The notes under the pieces are model-generated. The model saw nothing but the letters and a program-made list of their open reading frames with translations, had not been told where the DNA came from and made no database searches. From IMG/VR virus record IMGVR_UViG_3300028571_000009: a stretch of 64,000 nt of DNA. The stretch is one strand, 5' to 3'. Source of the DNA: a virus. This document shows, piece after piece, positions 9,802 to 20,254 of the stretch; within the stretch, counting starts at the first letter, position 1, and every line of letters begins with the position of its first letter. Both the position numbers and the translations under genes were made by a program.

Positions 9802-10711
9802 TAAGGCAAAACGAGAATCATACGAGATTCATGATGATAAAAGTTATCTATTAGGAACTAATACCCCATATTCATTCCAGCATTCAATCGGTAATGAGTG
9901 TCACATAGGTTTCTGGTCATACCCTAAGTTATTCGGTGATGGATACTTTATTAAGGTAGATGAAAGGCCGCTTCCGGCTCTAGAATTAGATGTTATTATA
10001 CTTGCCCTAGAAAGTGAGAAGTGGAAAGAGTATCTAGCTAAGGTGCGTAAGGCATATCCTAATGCTAAGATAGTCGGTACAATTAAAGAGCTTTCTAGTT
10101 ATAAGTATGAATTTTTAGAAAGCTGTGATTACATCGGGTTACAATATTCTAACGTGGCGAATATCCTCGGTTCAGGAACGAGAGACCGAAACAATCTATT
10201 CTGGTTACCGCAGCCTGTTGATATTGAATTTTTACGAAGCCGTTACATAACTGATAGCAAGGAAGTAAAACTCTTTTGTTACGAACACCACGCATCAAGC
10301 AGACGAGGCAGAACGTCAGAGTTCTGCAGATACATGGCTGAGAAACACCATATGCAGGTTACGACTGCAACCACAACCGGAGATAATCAAACTCAATGGG
10401 CCAGCTTTATAGATACATGGAAGGATTGTTTATTTCACGTGAACCTAGACCCTGAGTATCAGTTCGGACAACAAGCAACACAATGTGCAGCATTGCAGAC
10501 AATCAATATCGGTGGACTGAATGATTCACACTTTAAGTTATTTCCGAAGACTGCGACTAACGATTTCGATATTTTAGAAACAGAATTAATTAGACTTGCC
10601 ACAGATGCTTCATACACGGCGGAGACAATGCAATATGCGTATGACCGAGTAAACAAGTTATATTCTATACCGGCCGTTGCACAAACATTACTTAAAAATA
10701 TTACGGGATGA
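9773..10711 (+). CDS. Putative GT-B glycosyltransferase-like protein
   Basis: Start chosen at ATG 9773; C-terminal GT-B-like pattern and context. Confidence 0.5.
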   Translation: MLPKLALIVDKAKRESYEIHDDKSYLLGTNTPYSFQHSIGNECHIGFWSYPKLFGDGYFIKVDERPLPALELDVIILALESEKWKEYLAKVRKAYPNAKIVGTIKELSSYKYEFLESCDYIGLQYSNVANILGSGTRDRNNLFWLPQPVDIEFLRSRYITDSKEVKLFCYEHHASSRRGRTSEFCRYMAEKHHMQVTTATTTGDNQTQWASFIDTWKDCLFHVNLDPEYQFGQQATQCAALQTINIGGLNDSHFKLFPKTATNDFDILETELIRLATDASYTAETMQYAYDRVNKLYSIPAVAQTLLKNITG

Positions 10712-10983
10712 AAATAGGATTTATAGTCACCGCACATTACTCAAATGAATATAGACCGAATGGTGATAAATTCTTAGGTAATTTTATTACATCATTACGT
10801 GAAAGTATGGAGTGTCCATACTCGCTGTACATAATCGATAATGGGTCGTCAAACATGCTTACAATAGATGACACATCTATTACTACGACAATACGGATAA
10901 CCGACCAGACTCAGGAAGGTATCACAGGAGCATGGAATACCGGTCTGGTGGACTTCTCTAATCAAGTAACTTTGGTTGATTAG
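10708..10983 (+). pseudogene. Truncated GT2 N-terminal fragment
   Basis: YIIDNGS and AWN.G motifs, then ends within the promoter of the next cassette before any DxD. Confidence 0.6.
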
Positions 10984-11006
10984 TATATTTTTCTTATATT
11001 ACAGTT

Positions 11007-12185
11007 ATGAATAGAATAGAATTTTTAGATTTAGGCAAGCAGCCAATCGCTAATAGGTTTGTATACGCTAATGAAGTTGGTGATGAATATTTTTATCATC
11101 TACGAGTTGGTATGGACTCTGATACTAAGTTAATCACTCATATGGAATATGTAGATTCGCCAATGATGTTTAACGAAAATTATGCATACAGGGGGTCGAT
11201 GTCCAGAACGATGGTTAATCATTTTGCTGATTTTAGTAATACTATTAAAGCCGCTATATCGCCGAAAAATGTGTTAGAAATAGGGAGTAACGACGGCGTA
11301 TTTTTAAAAAATTGGTCGAGCGGAACTACATACGCCGTCGAGCCGTGTAGTAATTTTGCTAAAGAAACAAATGATTTAGGATATAAGACCTACCATAGTT
11401 TCTGGAACGTAGCCCTATCAGAGCAAATCAAAAAGGAGCATGGTACCATGGATATGGTGTTCGCCGCTAATTGTATGTGTCACATTCCTAATTTGGATGA
11501 TGCCTTTGAGGCGGTATACAATATATTAAGCCCTGGTGGTCGGTTTATATTTGAAGACCCGTCGCTTGCTCAAATGCTTAATAGTAATTCATATGACCAG
11601 ATATATGATGAACATCCACATATCTTTTCAGTAATCGCGTTGAATAATATATTAGCCCGGCATAAAATGCAAATTGTTAGAGTAGATAACATATCAGTAC
11701 ACGGTGGTTCGAATAGAATATACGCGGCTAGAATAGAAGATAATGTAAAAGTTGAATCAAGTGTTCAAGATAACATTACATTTGAAACTATTATGGGGTG
11801 TGATAGTTTGATAGAATTAGGACAATTTGCCAGACGCGTTTTACAATCTAGTAACGATTTATATGCGTTGTTAGCTAAATGTAAAAATGCTGGTAAGAAA
11901 GTTATTAGCTATGGCGCCACATCAAAATCAACTACCGTATTCAATTATAGTGGTATTGACCCGGAATTAATATCATATGTTATAGATATAACACCAGAAA
12001 AGATTGGTAAGTTAACTCCGGGCAGTCATATACCTATTGTAAATGAACCGCGAATACCTAATGATGTGGATTATGCATTTTTAGGTGCATGGAATTTTGC
12101 CGCGGAAATATCAAAAAAAGAGTCGGAATTTATACAGCGCGGAGGAAAATTTATCACCCATGTACCAATTGTAAAATTTATATAA
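11007..12185 (+). CDS. NDP-hexose C-methyltransferase (TcaB9/EryBIII-like)
   Basis: LDLG.QP.AN, LEIGSNDG, YDQIYDEH, HGGS.R, YGA..K, K.GK.TPGSHIPI, AWNFA.EI. Confidence 0.85.
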   Translation: MNRIEFLDLGKQPIANRFVYANEVGDEYFYHLRVGMDSDTKLITHMEYVDSPMMFNENYAYRGSMSRTMVNHFADFSNTIKAAISPKNVLEIGSNDGVFLKNWSSGTTYAVEPCSNFAKETNDLGYKTYHSFWNVALSEQIKKEHGTMDMVFAANCMCHIPNLDDAFEAVYNILSPGGRFIFEDPSLAQMLNSNSYDQIYDEHPHIFSVIALNNILARHKMQIVRVDNISVHGGSNRIYAARIEDNVKVESSVQDNITFETIMGCDSLIELGQFARRVLQSSNDLYALLAKCKNAGKKVISYGATSKSTTVFNYSGIDPELISYVIDITPEKIGKLTPGSHIPIVNEPRIPNDVDYAFLGAWNFAAEISKKESEFIQRGGKFITHVPIVKFI

Positions 12186-12186
12186 T

Positions 12187-12570
12187 ATGAAATTTAATGA
12201 AGATGACCGGGCGCAACGATTATTAAATGTATTTCCGGTAATAAACGGACAACTTAATATATCATATGTTAATTCTACAGAACATATTGTAGCTTGGCAT
12301 AGACATCGAATACAAACAGATTATTGGATATGTTTAAAGGGAGCGTTTAAAGTAGGAATTGCAGATGAATTAGGCAATGTTACCTGGGAATATCTATCTG
12401 ATAAAAATTTTAGAGTGTTAGAAATAACTCCTGGCTTCTATCATGGATATAAAGCATTAGAACCGAATTCAATTTTAATGTATTATTTAACTGAGAAATA
12501 TAATCCTGATGATGAATTTCGCGCCGAAGTCGGTTCTTTCGGGGAAAAATGGAATACCGAAAACAAATGA
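12187..12570 (+). CDS. RmlC-like cupin (sugar 3,5-epimerase-like)
   Basis: AWH.H..QTD and PG.YHG cupin motifs. Confidence 0.65.
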   Translation: MKFNEDDRAQRLLNVFPVINGQLNISYVNSTEHIVAWHRHRIQTDYWICLKGAFKVGIADELGNVTWEYLSDKNFRVLEITPGFYHGYKALEPNSILMYYLTEKYNPDDEFRAEVGSFGEKWNTENK

Positions 12571-12983
12571 CAACGATTGATGATGTATTATTATTTAGGG
12601 CGAAACAAATAATTGAGCCAAATGGTATTTTAATGCCAATTGAATTTGATTCTACTTTGCAATTTAAACCTAAACGAACTTTTTTTGTATATAATGTACC
12701 TGATTTAAATATACGAGGTAAACATGCGCATTATAAAACAAAACAAATATTAACATGTTTGGCAGGTAAAATTACTGCAATCGTAAAAGATAGTAAAAGG
12801 GAAATGCAATATGAATTATTACCGGGAGATTCAATATATATACCAAATTTAATTTGGGATGAACAGATATATCATTCACCAGATACAGTTCTATTTTCTT
12901 TATGTAGTACATATTATAACATTAATGATTATATAACTGATTTCAATGCATTTACTGAAATAAAACGTAAAACTTTAATTTAA
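12567..12983 (+). CDS. FdtA/QdtA/WxcM-like sugar 3,4-ketoisomerase
   Basis: G.L.PIE, KR.F.VYNVP, RG.HAH, S..Y...DYI. Confidence 0.8.
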   Translation: MTTIDDVLLFRAKQIIEPNGILMPIEFDSTLQFKPKRTFFVYNVPDLNIRGKHAHYKTKQILTCLAGKITAIVKDSKREMQYELLPGDSIYIPNLIWDEQIYHSPDTVLFSLCSTYYNINDYITDFNAFTEIKRKTLI

Positions 12984-12990
12984 AAATATT

Positions 12991-13641
12991 ATGAACGAAT
13001 GTAAAATCCAGCATCTATCGATAGATAATTTTATTCCGTCTGATGCATTAGTACGTGCCGCTGCAAATAGTTTTCAATCTGATATGGATTGGGTTAAGTA
13101 TGATGCAAGTAACAACCAAATACAATATTGTTCCAAACTTGGTAGAGAAAATTTACCAACGGCTGCAGAACTTTGTTTAAATTATATAGCAACTAATTTC
13201 GATCCAAATAAAGCATTTAACGGATTGACGACAAACGCATTTCCAGATTTAACTCATTATGGCGGCGGTATGATGTTAACTCCTAATTCAAATAACGAAG
13301 GAGGGTTTTTAGGAATGCATATAGATGCGGAAGTACATGGTCTACATGGTGATTGGAAACGAGAGTATAGTGCTATACTTTGTTTATCTGAAGAGTTCGA
13401 TGAATCTTTTGATCTTAGGTTACATGATGGCGTAAATCACACACGCGTGCCTTATAAGTTTAATAGATTAAATGTTTTTAAGTGTAGTGAATATTCATGG
13501 CACGGATTTCCAGAAATAACGAAAGGAATGGACCGAAAAACTTTAGGTGTTATGTTTTGGTCTAAAATGACGGAAGAAGATAAAAAGAAAGATAAAATAA
13601 AAGCTAAATTTAATAATAACTTGCAGTTTAATATTATTTAA
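12991..13641 (+). CDS. 2OG-Fe(II) oxygenase
   Basis: L.MHIDA (HxD), SWHG, R.T motifs. Confidence 0.75.
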   Translation: MNECKIQHLSIDNFIPSDALVRAAANSFQSDMDWVKYDASNNQIQYCSKLGRENLPTAAELCLNYIATNFDPNKAFNGLTTNAFPDLTHYGGGMMLTPNSNNEGGFLGMHIDAEVHGLHGDWKREYSAILCLSEEFDESFDLRLHDGVNHTRVPYKFNRLNVFKCSEYSWHGFPEITKGMDRKTLGVMFWSKMTEEDKKKDKIKAKFNNNLQFNII

Positions 13642-14361
13642 ATGAAAATTCTTATCTCAGGTGGTAATGGTAGATTTGCAAAGGAATTAATTAAACATAA
13701 TACTGAACATATATTAATACCATTATCTAAAAATGAAATGGATATTATGAATTTAATATCTATTGATAATGCTATAAAAAAATACAACCCGGATGTTTTT
13801 ATTCATGCAGCTGCATTATCTCGACCGATGAATTTACATGATTCAAACCCGGTAACCGGTATCCAATTAAACATAATAGGAACATCGAATTGTATAATAT
13901 CATGTATACAAAATAACGTTAAATTTGTTTATATATCAACGGATTTTGTATATCCAGGCGTCGATGGAAATTATAAAGAAACCGATGGGGTATATCCTGT
14001 GAATAAATATGCCTGGTCGAAGTTAGGTGGCGAATGTGCTAGTATGATGTATGATAATTCATTAATATTACGAATGGCAATGTTAGAATATCCGTTTACG
14101 CATACTAAAGCATTTATTGATTCATTTAAAAGTTGTATATGGCAGCATGATGCCGCTAAGCTATTATATAAATTACTCGCACATGATGTTAAAGGTATTT
14201 ATAATGTAGGCCTAAAAAGAAATAGTATTTATAATTTTGTAAATCAAGAAAATATTAATATATTAGAAGAATATAAGAATGCTGCCGCCGGTGATATACC
14301 CGGTGATACCAGCATGAATACTGATAAACTAAATAAAATGATAGATGATACAATTATTTAA
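13642..14361 (+). CDS. RmlD-like NDP-sugar reductase
   Basis: ISGGNG, HAAA, YISTDFVY, Y...K..GE. Confidence 0.8.
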   Translation: MKILISGGNGRFAKELIKHNTEHILIPLSKNEMDIMNLISIDNAIKKYNPDVFIHAAALSRPMNLHDSNPVTGIQLNIIGTSNCIISCIQNNVKFVYISTDFVYPGVDGNYKETDGVYPVNKYAWSKLGGECASMMYDNSLILRMAMLEYPFTHTKAFIDSFKSCIWQHDAAKLLYKLLAHDVKGIYNVGLKRNSIYNFVNQENINILEEYKNAAAGDIPGDTSMNTDKLNKMIDDTII

Positions 14362-15277
14362 CATACCGAACTATACTATTGATACCAGTCAATATTCTCA
14401 CTTCTTACATGGTAAGAATGTGACTGAATTTGAAAATAGATTCGCTGAATATGTAGGAGCTAAGTATGCATGTGCAGTAAATAGTGCTACGAATGCAATA
14501 TTTTTAATATTTTTAGGTAAGAAAACGGTAGTGGACGTACCAGCAATGATTCCCCCGGTAGTACTTAATGCATTGATAACATCGGGAAACAGAATACGAT
14601 TTACGGATAACATCGGTTGGATAGGTGATTCATATTTGTTACATGATTTTGGTGGATATAACGTTATAGATTCGGCCCAGAAGGTAGCTAAAAATCAATT
14701 TGATACAGAAGCCCGACCTGATGACTTAATGTTTTTTAGTTTCTACCCGACAAAACCAGTAGGTAGTTGCGACGGTGGTATGATAGTTAGTAATGATAAG
14801 GATAAGATTGATTATTTACGTACATTATCATTTAACGGAATGTCATATTCTGAAAATAATTGGGATAGAAAAATAGCATTGCCCGGTTATAAATTCTATA
14901 TGAATAGTATACAGGCTGATATAGCTGAGCGTAATTTATCAAAATTAGAAGCTAAGAAGAGTAAATTACAGCTTATACGTGAATACTATAATGATAAATT
15001 TGAACTTAATAATACGAGCGACCATTTATACACGGTAACTACTAAACTACAAAATACGGAGTTCATAGCAAAAGCTAAAGAATTAGATATATCGTGCGGT
15101 ATTCATTACCCATCGCAAGCAATTAATCCGGTGTACACACCATATGTAGCCGCGGCCACTGATTGTTCAAAATCTAATTTTACTGCGGAGCGAATTGTAT
15201 CAATACCATTTCATGAAAATCTAGATTTTGCTGATGTCAGAAAAGTCGTTGATGCGGTAAATAATATGTCAATATGA
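14345..15277 (+). CDS. DegT/DnrJ/EryC1 PLP sugar aminotransferase
   Basis: FA.YVG.KYA.AVNSAT, DSAQ, SFYPTK.VG..DGG; shorter than typical members. Confidence 0.8.
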   Translation: MIQLFNIPNYTIDTSQYSHFLHGKNVTEFENRFAEYVGAKYACAVNSATNAIFLIFLGKKTVVDVPAMIPPVVLNALITSGNRIRFTDNIGWIGDSYLLHDFGGYNVIDSAQKVAKNQFDTEARPDDLMFFSFYPTKPVGSCDGGMIVSNDKDKIDYLRTLSFNGMSYSENNWDRKIALPGYKFYMNSIQADIAERNLSKLEAKKSKLQLIREYYNDKFELNNTSDHLYTVTTKLQNTEFIAKAKELDISCGIHYPSQAINPVYTPYVAAATDCSKSNFTAERIVSIPFHENLDFADVRKVVDAVNNMSI

Positions 15278-15314
15278 TTAATTTTACACGTCAACTTAAA
15301 ATTTTTACTGCGGT

Positions 15315-16004
15315 ATGAGAAGCTATAAAGAGTCTATGCTAAAAAAACATCGAGGTACCACACAAAAGTCGGAAATTTATTATGATGCGTATTCACACAT
15401 GTTTTCTAGATTCAATATCTTAGATAAACTAACGATATTAGAAATAGGAGTCCGAGATGGTGGTGGTTTGTATACATTAAAAGAACATTTTCCTAATGCT
15501 ATAATAGTTGGATTAGATATCGATACGGGGTGTAAACAATGGGAAGATATAAGTAAAAATATACACGTACGTATAGGCGACCAGTCCGTTCAAAGTACAT
15601 TACAGGATATAATTAATGAATTTACTAGGTTTGATATTATCATCGATGATGGGAGTCACGTATGTGCACATCAAATTAAAAGTTTTGAATTTTTATTCAC
15701 AAATTTGAATCCGGCCGGTACTTATGTTATTGAAGACCTACATACTTCTTACTGGAAAGGTTTTAACGATGATAATATTTTATCAATTGATTATTTTAAA
15801 GAATTATGCACAATACCCACCGGGCGCTGGGCACGTAATACTAATAGAACATCGGTGCCCGCGATGTTATCATTAAATAATATTGAAAGTAAAATAGAGT
15901 CGATACATTTTTATGATTCTATTTGTTTTATAAATAAAATTAAACATGATATAGATTTAAGTATGTTGATATCTAATTACAAACAATATTTCATTACCCA
16001 ATAA
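15315..16004 (+). CDS. Class I SAM methyltransferase (MycE-like sugar O-methyltransferase)
   Basis: ILEIGV..GG, GDQS, DIIIDDGSH, YVIEDLHTSYW. Confidence 0.75.
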   Translation: MRSYKESMLKKHRGTTQKSEIYYDAYSHMFSRFNILDKLTILEIGVRDGGGLYTLKEHFPNAIIVGLDIDTGCKQWEDISKNIHVRIGDQSVQSTLQDIINEFTRFDIIIDDGSHVCAHQIKSFEFLFTNLNPAGTYVIEDLHTSYWKGFNDDNILSIDYFKELCTIPTGRWARNTNRTSVPAMLSLNNIESKIESIHFYDSICFINKIKHDIDLSMLISNYKQYFITQ

Positions 16005-16007
16005 CCT

Positions 16008-16856
16008 ATGAAGAAATTAGCTATCGTAGCAATTGGTTGGCACTATCCATCCGCGTTCTATGAAGTAATGGCACAACAGGAACTGCCTGCGGGTTGGGGG
16101 TATGAGCTGTTCGTTATCGGACATAGAGACCCGAAGTATGCAATTGGAGAGAAGCGTATCGCACCATCTGATGATTTACTAAATTATCTAGATTATAAAC
16201 TATATGAAAAACCGGTTACACTCGAATTTCTAGAAGCTTTGCACTGGACATATGTATCAGGAGTCAGCGGCTGCGAATGGCAAGGGGCAAATTTATGGCT
16301 AGAAAAATATAATCATACGGAATATGATACGATTGTATTCTGTGGCGACGATGCGTTAGTGATATCAAATAATCTATGTGCTGATGTATTGAATGGTAAA
16401 TGTACTTTGTACAATAACATAAAGCGAGGTGATAAATGGGTCGTAGGAATTACGGAAGATACTAATGATTGGCTAGTCGTGTCAAATGCGAGACAGCCCC
16501 GCGGGCTTTGTATTAGGGGTTCGTTTGAGTTTTTCAAGAGTGAATTGATTACCGCCATAGGTGGTAAATTCGATTTATCGACAGTTACATTAGATAGACG
16601 TACCGAGACATCGACTCCGACTGACTACAATACATTAGTTAATTGGAATAACCATCTCGGACCGTTTATTCAAAAAATGATTGAGTTGGGGTTGTATGAC
16701 AAAATAAGGTTCTTATCAGATAACTATAGAGCTAGTGATTACATAGTTGAATGTGAGCGCGGTTTGTTATCTAATATGCGAACATTGGCATCGGATTACA
16801 TAGATAAAATTAATGAATTACATAATTTAGGCAAATTTAATCGATTTATATCATGA
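16008..16856 (+). CDS. Hypothetical protein, possible GT-A
   Basis: GDD motif; glycan-cluster context. Confidence 0.5.
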   Translation: MKKLAIVAIGWHYPSAFYEVMAQQELPAGWGYELFVIGHRDPKYAIGEKRIAPSDDLLNYLDYKLYEKPVTLEFLEALHWTYVSGVSGCEWQGANLWLEKYNHTEYDTIVFCGDDALVISNNLCADVLNGKCTLYNNIKRGDKWVVGITEDTNDWLVVSNARQPRGLCIRGSFEFFKSELITAIGGKFDLSTVTLDRRTETSTPTDYNTLVNWNNHLGPFIQKMIELGLYDKIRFLSDNYRASDYIVECERGLLSNMRTLASDYIDKINELHNLGKFNRFIS

Positions 16857-17599
16857 AGAACATAGTATTTATTCCGGCGGTTGTTATACCAGGTATGGAA
16901 ACCCGGTCGGCCTCCTATGAATGGGGTATAAAGAGTTGGAAAGTTTGGTGTGACAAAAATGATTGTGAGCTATTTATACTCTCTGAATTGCTGTGTCCGG
17001 TTGAAACGATGAAAATAACGTGGCAACGATATTATGTATTCGATTTGCTAGAAGCTTCAGGCATAGACTATGCGCAGGTACTGATGGTAGATGCTGATAC
17101 AGTAATTCATCCGGACTGTCCTAATTTCTTTAATTTAACTGATAATAAATTTACGGGGGTTGCGGTCGATGGTAGCTATGATTGGTTATTTCGTAGTATG
17201 GAAAATTATTCTAAACATTTATTTAATGATAAATGGTTTAACTTCTGGGAGTATTATCAGGGCGGGTTTCAAATAGTAAACGTCGCACATAAACCATTCT
17301 ATAAGAGCATACTTAATTTTTATATAGAGAATAAACCGTTAATCGACCAATTACAAACATTTCATGTAGGGACCGACCAACCGGTTGTAAATTTTTTACT
17401 TCGTGAACATAACATAGATTTAAAGTTATTAGATTGGACGTTCAGTATGTCAGATATTGCCAATAAGGAACTTTTAGATGATGAATTAACTTTTACATCC
17501 ATACCCGGAGTATATCAATTTAATGCTATACCGAATAACGTAAATAACATGTTGACCCATAAATTTATGGAGGCGGCATACAAAAAATTGTATTTATGA
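16853..17599 (+). CDS. GT-A glycosyltransferase (GT8/GT34-like)
   Basis: MVDADT DxD motif, G.DQP..N. Confidence 0.7.
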   Translation: MKNIVFIPAVVIPGMETRSASYEWGIKSWKVWCDKNDCELFILSELLCPVETMKITWQRYYVFDLLEASGIDYAQVLMVDADTVIHPDCPNFFNLTDNKFTGVAVDGSYDWLFRSMENYSKHLFNDKWFNFWEYYQGGFQIVNVAHKPFYKSILNFYIENKPLIDQLQTFHVGTDQPVVNFLLREHNIDLKLLDWTFSMSDIANKELLDDELTFTSIPGVYQFNAIPNNVNNMLTHKFMEAAYKKLYL

Positions 17600-18399
17600 A
17601 CATAGTGTTTTGGATAGGTGTTAAATCACCTAATATCGATATGGTTAACGCCCGTGGATATGGTGATTATTCATGGATGGAATACTCTAGAAAAACTTGG
17701 GAATATTGGTGCGGTAAAAATAATTGCCTATTCGTTCCATACGAGCAGACGTCTGATGAAAATCATTCTAAGATAAAGATTAATTGGCAACGGTGGTTTG
17801 ATGTATTTGATTATATAAAATCTAAAGGTATTACCGATTATGACCAGATATTATTGGTTGATGCCAGTATAATGGTAAAATGGGACGCACCTAATATGTT
17901 CGATATATCAGAGCATAAATTTTGTGCGCTGACAGGTACTGAGAATTTAGCGTGGACGATGAAGAGTAAGGACGGGTATCTAGATTTATTCCCGAATACG
18001 CGATTCAGGGTCATCGACTACTTCGCATCAGGTTTTTGTATCTTTAATAAAGACCATGAACCGTTTTTAAAGAAATTCAAAGATTTCTACTATAACAATA
18101 TTGATGCTATACTAGATAAGGAGGACGTGACAATTAAGCGCGGGCGTGACCAACCGGTATTAAATTATTTTCTTCGAAGTGAACATGTTGAATTCAAGAT
18201 GTTACCAATTGTATACGGTGTAAATCACATGTATAGGCGACAGGTTTTAGGTCATAATTGGCAATTGAATATCGACACTACACCGTTTTTTATAAAGTAC
18301 TTTTACACGTGGATTTATAGCGGGTGGAGTGACAGAGGTAACACTAGAACACAATTAATGAAGCAGACTTGGGATGCCGTAAAACATAACTACATATGA
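17596..18399 (+). CDS. GT-A glycosyltransferase, paralogue of the upstream gene
   Basis: WQRW, LVDAS, SGF, DQPVLNY. Confidence 0.65.
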   Translation: MNIVFWIGVKSPNIDMVNARGYGDYSWMEYSRKTWEYWCGKNNCLFVPYEQTSDENHSKIKINWQRWFDVFDYIKSKGITDYDQILLVDASIMVKWDAPNMFDISEHKFCALTGTENLAWTMKSKDGYLDLFPNTRFRVIDYFASGFCIFNKDHEPFLKKFKDFYYNNIDAILDKEDVTIKRGRDQPVLNYFLRSEHVEFKMLPIVYGVNHMYRRQVLGHNWQLNIDTTPFFIKYFYTWIYSGWSDRGNTRTQLMKQTWDAVKHNYI

Positions 18400-19352
18400 A
18401 AACTAAATTTGCAATAGGATGTCTGATTCAATGGTATGAAGTAGAAATTGTACATGAGTACATATCAACACTGTACGCAGCAATCAAAAAATACGGTTCA
18501 TCCGACGTACATATTGATATCGTAGTAAACACAGGTCAAACTCTAGAACATTGTAGTACTGACTTGCCGAGTATAATCGAAAAGATTAATAGAGCAATTC
18601 ATCAGAGCCTTAACTTGAGCCCCCACCTACGCGTTAGATGGCTTAGTGATTCTGAGTATACGATTGCGTTGTATCGACGAGAGTTTAACAATGAATGGTG
18701 CGATAAGGCAGACGTGCTGGTATGGGGAGAGACCGATATGCTGGTTCCGAAGGATATGTTTGTACTTTTGGATTCGCTTCACGTATCACAATCAAGTACA
18801 CACCCGAAATATATAGCTACATTTGGTATATGTAAAATGTGGGATACCTCGTGGAAGCCATTAGAACACGTTGAGTTCACTGACAAACCGTTTATTGAAA
18901 ATGATTATGTTAATTGGTGGTCGTTAAAGTATACGATGTCAGCCGAGGAGATGCATAAATTTAATGATGCTGTAGAAATACCTGAGGTGCGAATCCTGCC
19001 GAAGCATAAGTTTAATGGGTGCGGGCTAGTTATATCATCAGAAGTCATTAAAGCAGGAGTTAATATTCCACAATCAGTCTTTTTTGTGCACGAAGATACG
19101 TCGCTATTGATAATGTTAGATAAGATTCTAGGTAATATACCGCAATATCACATTAGCAATATACTTTTAGTACATAACCGTAATCATCCTAAGAAGCGAA
19201 TGTATGTAAAAGATGAGAGCGGTGATACACTTAATGAAAAGCGTAGAAGTAATGATTGGTATAAATTAGCTAATCAATATTCAGAACAGAATTGCTATAA
19301 TCTATTTAATACTAATTACAAATCTAAAACCTGGAAAGACGTATGGAAATAG
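18396..19352 (+). CDS. Putative GT-A glycosyltransferase
   Basis: WGETD, FFVHED; context. Confidence 0.5.
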   Translation: MKTKFAIGCLIQWYEVEIVHEYISTLYAAIKKYGSSDVHIDIVVNTGQTLEHCSTDLPSIIEKINRAIHQSLNLSPHLRVRWLSDSEYTIALYRREFNNEWCDKADVLVWGETDMLVPKDMFVLLDSLHVSQSSTHPKYIATFGICKMWDTSWKPLEHVEFTDKPFIENDYVNWWSLKYTMSAEEMHKFNDAVEIPEVRILPKHKFNGCGLVISSEVIKAGVNIPQSVFFVHEDTSLLIMLDKILGNIPQYHISNILLVHNRNHPKKRMYVKDESGDTLNEKRRSNDWYKLANQYSEQNCYNLFNTNYKSKTWKDVWK

Positions 19353-20254
19353 CTTTTTTTACTGAGATGCTTTTTGACAGAAAGATTTCTAGAAACGACC
19401 CAAATTTACGGACAGAGTTCGCGTGGATGGTTGCATTAGATGCACATCATTATAATTTATCAACGTGTCCGGAGAAGGAATATGATTTGGGTATTCTTAT
19501 TTTACCAAAGAAATTATCTACGTTTGATTTCGCGATATTTAGACAATACTGCAACTGTAAGAAAATAGCAGTGATGCAGGAAGGTCCGAATTGGTACTGG
19601 CAGGATTATGATTTAGCTAAACAAATTTGGTATTTCAATACACTATCAGAGTCGGATATTCTTTTTGTACATAACGAATCAGATAAACAATACTATAAAG
19701 GTCTCACATCGCACGGAGACGTTCGAGTGCTACCATCATTAATGATTGAAGAATCAATTGGCCCGTTAACTGACGAACATAGAAGTGGTGTGATGATAGG
19801 TGGTAATTTCTGTTCGTGGTATGGTGGATTCGATAGTTTTATTGTCGCACAGGAATTTAAAGAAGCGATATCAGCGCCATCAATGGGAAGAAGAGTCGAA
19901 GGTGAAGAACAATTAATTCAACACTTACCATATCTAACTTGGAAAGATTGGATGCACCAATTGAATAAAGTAAAGTATGGTATACATCTAATGCGAACAC
20001 ATGCCGCGGGAACGTTTGCGTTGAATTGTGCATATTTAGGAATTCCGTGCATAGGTTATCGCGGCTTGGATACACAGCAAATATTGCACCCAGACCTAAC
20101 AGTCGAAGTAGGTGATTTAGTGTCTGCGAGAAAATTAGCTCAGAAGCTTATGACAGATGAAGAATTTTACTTATATTGTAGTATAGGAGCTAAAGAACGA
20201 TATCAATCCAATTATACAGAAGAAGAATTTAAAAAGAAGTTTTATGCAAATTAG
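19343..20254 (+). CDS. Putative GT-B-like protein
   Basis: HAAGTFALNC..LG.PCIG; context. Confidence 0.5.
   Translation: MEIAFFTEMLFDRKISRNDPNLRTEFAWMVALDAHHYNLSTCPEKEYDLGILILPKKLSTFDFAIFRQYCNCKKIAVMQEGPNWYWQDYDLAKQIWYFNTLSESDILFVHNESDKQYYKGLTSHGDVRVLPSLMIEESIGPLTDEHRSGVMIGGNFCSWYGGFDSFIVAQEFKEAISAPSMGRRVEGEEQLIQHLPYLTWKDWMHQLNKVKYGIHLMRTHAAGTFALNCAYLGIPCIGYRGLDTQQILHPDLTVEVGDLVSARKLAQKLMTDEEFYLYCSIGAKERYQSNYTEEEFKKKFYAN

Noticed and set aside
12991-13641. TET/JBP-type DNA base oxidase
   Set aside because: Motif spacing looks like a prolyl-hydroxylase-type 2OG family and no DNA methylase is adjacent; not excluded without an HMM search
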